Of a stretch of DNA of 32,000 nt, positions 22,811 to 31,316 are shown piece after piece. The notes beneath the pieces are model-generated. The model searched no databases. It saw nothing but the letters and a program-made list of their open reading frames with translations, and was not told the origin of the DNA. The stretch comes from Candidatus Lokiarchaeum ossiferum (GTDB lineage: Archaea > Asgardarchaeota > Lokiarchaeia > Sigyniarchaeales > Promethearchaeaceae). Made by a program: the position numbers and the translations under genes. Numbering within the stretch: position 1 is the first letter of the stretch; the number at the start of each line of letters is the position of its first letter. Location: contig CP104013.1 in the NCBI GenBank assembly GCA_025839675.1, positions 4,920,001 to 4,952,000 of the forward strand, read 5' to 3'.

Positions 22811-23815
22811 CTACAAAAATTCGATTTTATGACCTTTATTATTTGGTTTTGTTTCAATAAATGCACATTCTGGCGAATTTAATTCATTTTCTAACACATT
22901 TTGGACATAACTTTTAATGGAGATCATTAAACTATTTGAATCACAAATTGTAAAAATTGTTGGCCCAAAAGAAGACATTCCGACTGGAACACTGAATTTT
23001 TGATATATTTTTTCAATTAAAATGCTCACCAAAGAATTTTGCAAACTAATCTCTACTTTTTTGAATCCATGATTGTTAATGAAGTGTAAGCTTTGGGCCA
23101 TTAAGCTAATATTGTTTTCAATGAATCCGGGAAGGAATTGCATTAATATTCGGTGACTTATTTTTTCAACATCAGAAAGTTTTAAGGGAGTATATTTTTG
23201 AAAAATATTGATTTCTTCTTCTTTATTCGCTCCTTGTTTCACATTGAGCTGAATCAATAATATTCTCCAATTAGTTGGACATTTATTCAGATAAAAGGGC
23301 AATGCTGGAGGTGAAGCACTTGCTGAAGAGGGTAAAAACGATTGTTTATCTTTTCCCTTTCCAAAGGAATGACCTAAATCAAATACAAATCCTCCATTGA
23401 AGAATGTTTGATAGCCTATTCCAGATGTTCCTCCTCTACCAATTAGAACGGCCATTTGGTGAGGGGTCATTTCTGTTTCATATAACATACACATTCCTTT
23501 GGCTATAGTAAGGAGGAATTGAGTTTTTGAACCAAGTCCTTGATGTTCTGCTACGAATTTTTGAATCTTTACTGCAATTGGCTTTGGAACAATATTAAAT
23601 TTTTCATAGAATTTGATAGCAAATTCTTCGAAATAATTTTTGTGTTGTTGGGGTCCCGAGAATACAAATAAATCTGAGGTTTCATCTGAAAATTCTATTT
23701 TAAGTTGAGGGTTATTAACACATATCCCTAATCCTCCGTCTACTCTATCTAAACTCCCGTTCAAATCAATTAAGGATAAATGGATACGGGCTGGAGTAGA
23801 TATTTGAAATTTCAT
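22811..23815 (-). CDS. mptG: Beta-ribofuranosylaminobenzene 5'-phosphate synthase (GHMP-kinase fold)
   Basis: The start is taken at ATG 23815: MKFQISTPARIHLSLIDLNGSLDRVDGGLGICVNNPQLKIEF. The GHMP motif is GLGSKTQ, with GRGGTSGIG later. The 36 upstream codons of the track ORF (to 23923) are low-complexity and overlap the divergent gene start. Confidence 0.8.
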   Translation of the reverse strand: MKFQISTPARIHLSLIDLNGSLDRVDGGLGICVNNPQLKIEFSDETSDLFVFSGPQQHKNYFEEFAIKFYEKFNIVPKPIAVKIQKFVAEHQGLGSKTQFLLTIAKGMCMLYETEMTPHQMAVLIGRGGTSGIGYQTFFNGGFVFDLGHSFGKGKDKQSFLPSSASASPPALPFYLNKCPTNWRILLIQLNVKQGANKEEEINIFQKYTPLKLSDVEKISHRILMQFLPGFIENNISLMAQSLHFINNHGFKKVEISLQNSLVSILIEKIYQKFSVPVGMSSFGPTIFTICDSNSLMISIKSYVQNVLENELNSPECAFIETKPNNKGHKIEFL

Positions 23816-23898
23816 TAAAATAACCTCAAGAAAAATAGTGCAAAATTTGATAAATTTTTTTTCTTTTTCAAGGATAATTAAAATCTTGGAAAGAAAAA

Positions 23899-25290
23899 AT
23901 GGCCGATTTAGAAGGAATTGCAAAAAAATTATTGCAAAAAGGAATTGCCGATGAAAAAATCATTCATAATTTAATTGATCAATACAAAATTTATAAATCG
24001 TTCCCGGATAATGTTCTAAGAAAGATGGCTGCTGCCATTCTTAAAGAAAGTAAGATAAGTTTATCCGCTACAAGTCAATCTGAATTAAATCAAAAAATAG
24101 TAATCAATAAATTGTTAGGTATTCCTCAGGCAGATATTACGATGGGCCAAGGTGGTGTAGGTTGTAGAGGACAAGGTGATTTTTATGTACATGATTTATT
24201 GGCTAAATTATCCCAAACTTCCGTAAAACCCCATATTTCTCCTTTGTCTTTGGATGATACGGGGGCAATAGACCTTAATTTTAATTCATCTGCTATTAGT
24301 AAATCTAAGATCATTTTAACAAAGATGGAAGGGATGCATAGTCGTCTAAGTGATTATCCCTTTCTTGCGGGATTTCATGTGACTCGCGCAGCTTTGAGAG
24401 ATATTTATGTGAAAGGTGGAAATCCTCTTTCGATTATGGTGGATGTTCATCTCGCTGATGATGGTGATATTGGAAAATTATTTGATTTTCAAGCGGGTAT
24501 TGCTTGTGTTGCGGAAGTTGCGAAAGTACCCATCACTGCGGGTTCAACTTTACGAATTGGTGGTGATATGGTCATTGGAGATAGATTAACTGGAGGTATT
24601 GCAGCAATTGGTCAAATGGAATATTCATTTTTTAGGAAAAATATTCAAAATGGGGATATCATTTTGATGACTGAAGGCGCAGGAGGAGGAACTATTACAA
24701 CATCTGCTCTTTATTCCGGTCAACCGGAAGTAATTCTAAAAACGTTAAATCTAAAATTCCTGAAGGCTTGTAAATTATTATTTCAAAACCCATCAATATG
24801 TTCTGGAATTCATTCAATGGCCGATGTAACCAATGGAGGACTTCGCGGTGATTTGTATGAAATTAACAATGAATCTCAATTGGGAGCGCGAATTCGCCCA
24901 GAATTTGTAAAAAGTCTTGTTGACCCTAAAATTTTAGAAATGTTGGAAAGTAATAATATTGATTTTCTTGGTGTATCTTTAGATGCTCTTCTAATATTTT
25001 CTTCAGCCGAAGTTGCTCCAAAGATAATTGATCTACTTCAGAGTAATGGGATAAAAACATCTATCGTCGGAGAAGTTACTCCTAATCCCGAGATTATATT
25101 TGTATCACCCGATGGAGAAGAAAAAATTATTCCTCGATTTCGAGAATCTGCTTATACTCCAATAAAACAAGTCGTTGATAAAGATTCTATGAATTCAGCA
25201 AAAAATGAAATCAGAATCCTTCAAGCATATCAAAAAGCTCAAGAAAAAAGAAAATATTTTGAAACAATGCTGAAACATAATTCAAATTAA
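23899..25290 (+). CDS. AIR-synthase-related (PurM/ThiL/HypE/SelD superfamily) ATP-utilising protein, function unknown
   Basis: 463 aa. The superfamily motifs are LDDTGAIDL (DD-x-A/G) and, in the C-domain, SMADVTNGGLRGDLYEI. GVGCRGQGDFYVHDL lies near the N-terminus. An extra helical region of about 80 aa sits at the N-terminus. The gene is divergent from mptG across an 83-bp spacer. Confidence 0.7.
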   Translation: MADLEGIAKKLLQKGIADEKIIHNLIDQYKIYKSFPDNVLRKMAAAILKESKISLSATSQSELNQKIVINKLLGIPQADITMGQGGVGCRGQGDFYVHDLLAKLSQTSVKPHISPLSLDDTGAIDLNFNSSAISKSKIILTKMEGMHSRLSDYPFLAGFHVTRAALRDIYVKGGNPLSIMVDVHLADDGDIGKLFDFQAGIACVAEVAKVPITAGSTLRIGGDMVIGDRLTGGIAAIGQMEYSFFRKNIQNGDIILMTEGAGGGTITTSALYSGQPEVILKTLNLKFLKACKLLFQNPSICSGIHSMADVTNGGLRGDLYEINNESQLGARIRPEFVKSLVDPKILEMLESNNIDFLGVSLDALLIFSSAEVAPKIIDLLQSNGIKTSIVGEVTPNPEIIFVSPDGEEKIIPRFRESAYTPIKQVVDKDSMNSAKNEIRILQAYQKAQEKRKYFETMLKHNSN

Positions 25291-25307
25291 CTGGATTGAA
25301 TTTTTAA

Positions 25308-25835
25308 TTAAAATCCCTTTTCTTCAAGCAATTTGATGAAAGTTTTAAGATAATCGGTAATTTTTTGCATTATTTGTTTATATTCCTCAAAATTCTCAAT
25401 TAATGCGGGATCCGGAATATCGATTTCTTTCCCATCTAAGGCAATTGCAGACAATAATATTGTTTTATCCCGATATTTGGCGGGCATTTGAATATCTCGA
25501 TGAGATTGAGCCATAACAATTAAAGCTGTTGCATCCAGGAGATCTTCTTTATGCTTTCGTAATCTTCTTGGAAAATGTTGCTCAATTCTTTCGATTGGAA
25601 TTTGCTCTTCTAATAAGGCTCTCTCTGTCATTGGATGGATCCGAACATCTTTCTGATGGATAAACCCTCCGCTCTGGATAATAAATTCGTGTTTTCTTTT
25701 AACTTCTGATTGTTGCAATAATTGTTCAAACTTCATTTGAGCAAACGGGGACCGACAGATGTTTCCCAAACACACAAAAATTAATTTGGGATTGGTTGAC
25801 AATTTTAAAGCATTCCAAAAAGATTCTATCTTCAT
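25308..25835 (-). CDS. Low-molecular-weight protein tyrosine phosphatase
   Basis: 175 aa. The P-loop is LIFVCLGNICRSPFAQ (C-X5-R-S). The DP-loop is IDIPDPA. Confidence 0.85.
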   Translation of the reverse strand: MKIESFWNALKLSTNPKLIFVCLGNICRSPFAQMKFEQLLQQSEVKRKHEFIIQSGGFIHQKDVRIHPMTERALLEEQIPIERIEQHFPRRLRKHKEDLLDATALIVMAQSHRDIQMPAKYRDKTILLSAIALDGKEIDIPDPALIENFEEYKQIMQKITDYLKTFIKLLEEKGF

Positions 25836-25989
25836 TATTTAATGGTTTGAATTTCCTTTTTTATATAATATTTTTTCTATTATTGTAAAATAAAATGAGC
25901 TCATAATCATTGACATTATGATAATTAATACTTCAGTCGCTTATGAAATAGAAGGAAGTGATAAAAAAAATTAAAATTGCACGAAATTG

Positions 25990-26748
25990 TTAAACTTTAC
26001 CGTGTTTCTTTTTCTTTTCGTTGTAATTTTCTGTTTCAGCAGAAACAGAACGTTGGATTTTGGATTCAAAATCTTCAACGCTTAATTCGATATCACCATC
26101 AGGTGCGATCTTTCCTCTTTCTCGCATGATCTGGCGAGCTAAGATCCATAACATTTTGGAAAGACTTTTTCGACCCCGATTATTGCTTGGAATGGCTAAA
26201 TCGATGTTATATAAGTAATCATCTGTATCAATGAAAGAAACGACTGGAATTCGGGCTAATCGAGCTTCTGCTAATGCTTGTTTATCTGCATGTGGATCGA
26301 TCATAATGAGTACATCGGCTTCACTAAATTGGTCGATCATTGGATTTGTAAGAGTTCCTGGAATGAATCGCTCTGCTAATGCTTTAGCACCGGTTACTTT
26401 ACAGAATGCTTTTACTGGAGCACGCCCATATCTTCGGACTGAACATACCATAATTCGATCTGGATCGAATGATGCAAGGAATTTTCCTGCAATTCTTACT
26501 CGATCATCAGTGGCAGTTAAATCTATTACATATAACCCATAGCTGGTTGTTCGATAAATCCATTTTTCACTGTGAGCTGTTTTTAATTTTGTACCAATGT
26601 GAATTCCGTGGCTTAAATATTCATCACGAGGAATTAAGAGATTATCTTCTTTTTCCTCTTGTAAAACAACGGTTTCATCATCGATAGCTAGAACTTCATC
26701 AGAATTTTCTTCTGATTCTAATCTTTCTTTGATATTTTTACTGGACAT
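25990..26748 (-). CDS. rps2: 30S ribosomal protein uS2 (with acidic N-terminal and basic C-terminal extensions)
   Basis: 252 aa. The core contains YLSHGIHIGTKLKTAHSEKWIYRTTSYGLYVIDLTATDDRVRIAGKFL, IDPHADKQALAEA and IPVVSFIDTD. Confidence 0.93.
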   Translation of the reverse strand: MSSKNIKERLESEENSDEVLAIDDETVVLQEEKEDNLLIPRDEYLSHGIHIGTKLKTAHSEKWIYRTTSYGLYVIDLTATDDRVRIAGKFLASFDPDRIMVCSVRRYGRAPVKAFCKVTGAKALAERFIPGTLTNPMIDQFSEADVLIMIDPHADKQALAEARLARIPVVSFIDTDDYLYNIDLAIPSNNRGRKSLSKMLWILARQIMRERGKIAPDGDIELSVEDFESKIQRSVSAETENYNEKKKKHGKV

Positions 26749-27002
26749 TTGTTATTCACCAATTTTTTCGTTTCATTGATTCAATTCCATCTTGCGTGAA
26801 TCTCGCGAACGCCTAGAACCTTTTTTTCCAATGAATCATAAAATGATCCATCTGCTAGACGATTTAATCTATCTAAAGAAGGATGAATTAATAATTTTTT
26901 GATTAAATCGCCAAAAAACGGTTTTTACGTAGGAATACTAATATTACCTTGAGGAAAGGAATAACTTTTTACTGTAAAAATTAAATATATTTTTTGAGAT
27001 AT

Positions 27003-27551
27003 ATGCAATTTCAACAAAAATATGTTAGAGTTTTAGGTGCTGTTTTATTCGCTTTATTCTTTTCTTTATTTGGTGTATTTATATTCAGTGATTTTATTTA
27101 TCGGGGTATTTCAATTGGGGGTGATATTGTACCCCTACTTCAATCGGGGTCTTTTAATACCTTTTTTCAAGGGTTATATATGTTATTTGGTTCTGGATTT
27201 CAAGCAGATTGGTTCGGGGAGTTTTCTCAAAATAATATTCAAGAGTCGTCCCTTGGATTCATTTTATTTGGTGAAACTATATGGCCTGCAATTCTCACAT
27301 GGTTTACGGTAGGAATTTTGTCTGGAACCATTATTAAAGGTGTGAAACGTGGGTTAATTTTTAGTTTGATCTGGTTTGCTTCCATTTTCATCATCTGGGC
27401 TATCATTGGAATGTTTGCAGGAGCGGATTTTAGTTCCATGTTTATAAGGAATCTTGGCAATACAATGGGATCTTTGTTCACAATTTTCATTTTTTTAATT
27501 TTTGGAGGCGTCCTTGGAGGATTGATCAGCGGCCCCGCTAATTTCGATTAA
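27003..27551 (+). CDS. Small integral membrane protein, unknown function
   Basis: About 182 aa from ATG 27003; the track uses TTG at 26994. It has four or five hydrophobic segments with Gly/Phe-rich helices. I recognise no motif. Confidence 0.55.
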   Translation: MQFQQKYVRVLGAVLFALFFSLFGVFIFSDFIYRGISIGGDIVPLLQSGSFNTFFQGLYMLFGSGFQADWFGEFSQNNIQESSLGFILFGETIWPAILTWFTVGILSGTIIKGVKRGLIFSLIWFASIFIIWAIIGMFAGADFSSMFIRNLGNTMGSLFTIFIFLIFGGVLGGLISGPANFD

Positions 27552-27648
27552 ATTTTTTTTTCCTTAACTTCTTTATTTTTTTATTAAGTCTACAACAACT
27601 TTTATAGCATCTTAAACTATCTTATTTAAGTCGTTTTGAGGAATAGGA

Positions 27649-29184
27649 ATGAAAAATCGCGCCACACCCTTACAAATCTTTAAATTTTTAGATAAAACGA
27701 ATTGCAAATTATGTGGAAAAGAAAGTTGTTTAGAATTTGCCACAGATGTTTTAGAACGAAACATTGCACTGAAAAAGTGTGAACATTTACAATTTCCAGA
27801 ACAGCAAATGAATTATCATCAAATTCGTAAATTATTATTGCCTCCACAAAAAGAAGTTATTTTTGGAACAGGCACACGAAAATGTAAAATTGGCGGGGAA
27901 GAAGTTCTATATCGGCATCAAAGAACATTTTACAATCCTACTGCGATAGCGGTGGAAATTTCGGATAATATTTCTGATTGGAAAGAATTTGAAAAGAAAA
28001 TCCAATATTTAACAGATCTATCTATAATCAGAATTGGTGAAAAATTAACTTTGGATGCATTGGCTATCCGATATACTTCCCAAATTCCCGAAAATTATAT
28101 AAAAGTTGTTGAACTTGTTTTTAAAATTTCCAATTTACCCGTAATATTATGTTGCCTGGACCCATCTATAGTAGAAGGAATTTTAGAACATTTCCATGCT
28201 CATAGGCCTCTTATCTATGCTGCAAATTCTCAGAATGCTGATACATTTGCTAAAATCTCTCGGAAATATGATGTACCTCTTGCATGTTTTGCGCCTGATT
28301 TATCTTCATTAGTCAACTTGATTTCCTCTCTTGAAAAATTTGGGGTGACTGATATTGTAATTGATCCCGGAACTTTTTTCACTTCTGGGGGAAAATTTTT
28401 CACTTTGAATCGAATTCAAGAGATAAGGTACAATATTTTTGAAAATCACCATAGTTTAATGGGATATCCGTTAATGGGTGTTCCTGCAGTATTATGGAGC
28501 CAAAACCAAACAAACATATCTTCTGTAGAAGAATTATCGGCAGGGTTTAATTTAACTCCTGAAATCCAAAAAATATTTGAAGATCAATCTCAAGCATCGA
28601 CTTCCTTGTGGAAGAAACAATATGAAGAAGTTTTAATGGGTATTTTACTTCAAACCATTGACTCCAATCTTATTATTTCTCATGTTGGACAAAATGCTGA
28701 AGAAATTTGGGGGTTGATGGCGTTAATGACCTACAGACAGAATATATTCACTGATCCCCGCGTGTATCCTCGCGTAGATCCGGGTTTAACTATTATAAAT
28801 TCACCTTCTGAATGGTCTCCTGTCTATGTGACTTCTAACTATCGAATGACTAAAATCCCTGTTGAACAAGATTTAATTGATGCCAATCTGGATGGTTATC
28901 TCGTGGTTGTTGATACTGAAGGAATTGGAATTGAAAGTGCTACTGCTGGAGGTCAATTTAATGAAGAGCAGATAAAAAAAACCCTTGATAAACACAATAT
29001 TTTTAATAAAATTAGACATCGAATTATCATCATTCCTGGAATGGCTGCACGACTAAAAGCACCCTTGGAAGATCTCGCAAAATGTGAAGTATGGGTAGGT
29101 CCCCGGGATTCATCGTCTATTCCTTCTTTTATTCAAGAAAAATGGAAAATTGACGAGATAAAGGCTAAATATTCCCAAACTTAG
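27649..29184 (+). CDS. cdhE: Corrinoid iron-sulfur protein large subunit (CODH/ACS gamma subunit, CdhE/AcsC-like)
   Basis: 511 aa. The N-terminal [4Fe-4S] motif is C-x2-C-x4-C-x16-C (NCKLCGKESCLEFATDVLERNIALKKC). The C-terminal B12-domain pattern is YVTSNYRMTKIPVEQDL...YLVVVDTEGIGIESATAGGQFNEEQI...HRIIIIPGMAARL. Confidence 0.85.
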   Translation: MKNRATPLQIFKFLDKTNCKLCGKESCLEFATDVLERNIALKKCEHLQFPEQQMNYHQIRKLLLPPQKEVIFGTGTRKCKIGGEEVLYRHQRTFYNPTAIAVEISDNISDWKEFEKKIQYLTDLSIIRIGEKLTLDALAIRYTSQIPENYIKVVELVFKISNLPVILCCLDPSIVEGILEHFHAHRPLIYAANSQNADTFAKISRKYDVPLACFAPDLSSLVNLISSLEKFGVTDIVIDPGTFFTSGGKFFTLNRIQEIRYNIFENHHSLMGYPLMGVPAVLWSQNQTNISSVEELSAGFNLTPEIQKIFEDQSQASTSLWKKQYEEVLMGILLQTIDSNLIISHVGQNAEEIWGLMALMTYRQNIFTDPRVYPRVDPGLTIINSPSEWSPVYVTSNYRMTKIPVEQDLIDANLDGYLVVVDTEGIGIESATAGGQFNEEQIKKTLDKHNIFNKIRHRIIIIPGMAARLKAPLEDLAKCEVWVGPRDSSSIPSFIQEKWKIDEIKAKYSQT

Positions 29185-29239
29185 GAATGTTATTTTTTCC
29201 AAATTTTCTTAAAGCTAAAAGTTGAAAATATCATATAGA

Positions 29240-31270
29240 ATGATACCGCAAATTTCTTCCTACCAAAAGAATTCTGAATTACCATATAGGAATGTTGAAT
29301 TAAAGAAGGGGTTTTGGAAAGATCGGAATCGAACCAATCAAGAAATAAGTATTTTTTATCAATGGGATCAATTGGAAAAAGCGGGAAGTGTTGATAATTT
29401 CCGAATTGTGGGTAATCTTAAGAAAGGATTTCGCAAAGGATTTTTTTATTGCGATTCTGATGTCCATAAATGGGCGGATGCTGCATCAATTATTCTTGCT
29501 TCCCATTATGATGGGAAATTAAATGACATAATTGATGAGTATATTGCGATTATGGAACATGCTCAGTTACCTGATGGGTATCTCTACACATATAATCAAT
29601 TTCACTTTCCTGATCGCCGCTGGGCTAATATACAAATTGAACATGAGCTCTATTGTCTGGGTCATTTCATAGAAGCGGGAATTTCGCATTTTCAAGCCAC
29701 CCACTCAAAAAAATTATTGGATATCGTATCTAAATCGGCCGATTTAATCGTTGATTCCTTCCAGAATTGCTCTCCACTCATGACACCAGGACATCCAGAA
29801 ATTGAAATTGCTTTACTTAAGTTATATCAAATCACCCAAAATAAAAAATATTTGAATATGGCCCAACATTTTATTGAACAACGTGGGAAATCGCACAATT
29901 TCATATTTAACTTAGTGAAACAAAATTTTGATCAAAATCGGAGGAATAAATTAATAGAGATCCAGAAAAATGAATTAAATTTTGTAGAGAAACAATACCA
30001 TGGTTTCGATTTTAATGAAATGGCACAAAAGAAGGAACCATTTGCCATGGCATTTAGATCTCTGGTTTCTTTTCTCTCAGGTAAATATTTTCAACAACAT
30101 AAACCTCTAAGGAAATGGAAATCACCGGTTGGTCACTCCGTCAGATTTGGTTATTTCGTAACTGCTGCAACAAAATTATATCTTGAAAATGGTGATTCTA
30201 CTCTGCTATCCACTTTAGAACGATTATGGGACAAAATGGTTAGTAGAAGAATGTATATTACGGGAGGTGTGGGCTCTCTTCCGATCATTGAAGGATTTGG
30301 GCGGGATTATGAATTAAATAATTCTTACGCATATTGTGAGACTTGTGCCGCAATTGCCTCCATATTTTGGTCATGGGAAATGGCTTTAGCGACAAGTGAG
30401 CCTAAATACCATGATTTAATTGAACGTCAATTATATAATGCGGCTTCGGTCGGCATTTCTCTTGATGGAACAAAATACTTATACCGCAATATTTTGGAAT
30501 CTGAAGGGCATTTTGAAAGAAAACCGTGGTTTGATACACCTTGTTGTCCTTCTAATATTTCACGTTTGTGGGGACATTTAGGTAAATACATCTATTCAAG
30601 TAGTAACAATTCCATCTGGGTAAATCAATACATCGAATCAGAAACAAGGTTCAAATTAAATGATTCTAAAGAAGGTAAGATGCAAGAAGTAAAGATTCAA
30701 ATGGCTTCCCAATTTCCTTGGGGAGGAAAAAGCAATATTCAATTTCGCATGGCTTCTTCCCATGAGTTTAATCTTATTCTAAGAATCCCAAGTTGGGTTG
30801 AACATTTTGAACTGAAGTGCAATGATTCATCCATACCCTATACACTTCTCAATAATCCCAGTTCAAATTCTCAAATATTTCCCGATCGCTTGTTGCACAA
30901 TTCTTACTATATTAATGTTTTACGCACATGGCAACCCGATGATGTGATATCAATTAATTTTCCAATGAAAGTCCAGATAAATTATTCAAATCCTAAAGTA
31001 CGATCTAATAATCACAAGATCGCTCTTTCTCGAGGTCCCCTAATTTATTGTCTTGAAGATATCGATAATTTAAATGAAGATATGTCTAATGTGAAAGTAG
31101 ATTTGAATGAACCAATTCAAATTGAATTCAACGATTCTCTTCTAAAAGGAGTCACCACTCTTCAAGCTCGTTCAAATAAAAGTACTCCTTTAAATTTTGT
31201 TCCCTATTTTACGTGGTTAAACCGTAAAAAGTCAAAGATGCAAGTTTGGATTCGGACAAATAATTCGTAA
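29240..31270 (+). CDS. Glycoside hydrolase family 127 / DUF1680 protein (beta-L-arabinofuranosidase-like)
   Basis: About 676 aa from ATG 29240; the track uses TTG at 29222. Motifs are HELYCLGHFIEAG, GHPEIEIALLKLY, YITGGVGS, YCETCAAIA (the E-x-C metal/catalytic region) and DTPCCPSNISRLW (the Cys-Cys pair). Confidence 0.85.
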   Translation: MIPQISSYQKNSELPYRNVELKKGFWKDRNRTNQEISIFYQWDQLEKAGSVDNFRIVGNLKKGFRKGFFYCDSDVHKWADAASIILASHYDGKLNDIIDEYIAIMEHAQLPDGYLYTYNQFHFPDRRWANIQIEHELYCLGHFIEAGISHFQATHSKKLLDIVSKSADLIVDSFQNCSPLMTPGHPEIEIALLKLYQITQNKKYLNMAQHFIEQRGKSHNFIFNLVKQNFDQNRRNKLIEIQKNELNFVEKQYHGFDFNEMAQKKEPFAMAFRSLVSFLSGKYFQQHKPLRKWKSPVGHSVRFGYFVTAATKLYLENGDSTLLSTLERLWDKMVSRRMYITGGVGSLPIIEGFGRDYELNNSYAYCETCAAIASIFWSWEMALATSEPKYHDLIERQLYNAASVGISLDGTKYLYRNILESEGHFERKPWFDTPCCPSNISRLWGHLGKYIYSSSNNSIWVNQYIESETRFKLNDSKEGKMQEVKIQMASQFPWGGKSNIQFRMASSHEFNLILRIPSWVEHFELKCNDSSIPYTLLNNPSSNSQIFPDRLLHNSYYINVLRTWQPDDVISINFPMKVQINYSNPKVRSNNHKIALSRGPLIYCLEDIDNLNEDMSNVKVDLNEPIQIEFNDSLLKGVTTLQARSNKSTPLNFVPYFTWLNRKKSKMQVWIRTNNS

Positions 31271-31316
31271 AATATATTATTTTGCGTTTCTTTTTTTTCT
31301 ACAAGGTATAAAATTT

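Noticed and set aside
23816-23923. A 36-codon N-terminal extension of mptG in the track ORF.
   Set aside because: - It is low-complexity (FLLNRPFFLSKILIILEKEKKF).
- It would overlap the start of the divergent PurM-like gene.
- The family-typical N-terminus MKFQISTPARIHL starts at the internal ATG 23815.
26781-26924. A 47-codon open frame on the minus strand just upstream of rps2 (KPFFGDLIKKLLIHPSLDRLNRLADGSFYDSLEKKVLGVREIHARWN-stop), in a locally GC-richer patch.
   Set aside because: - It has no ATG, GTG or early TTG start and is bounded by a stop immediately upstream.
- I recognise no motif.
- It could be a gene relic or chance. I also found no convincing RNA structure, only a 4-bp stem.
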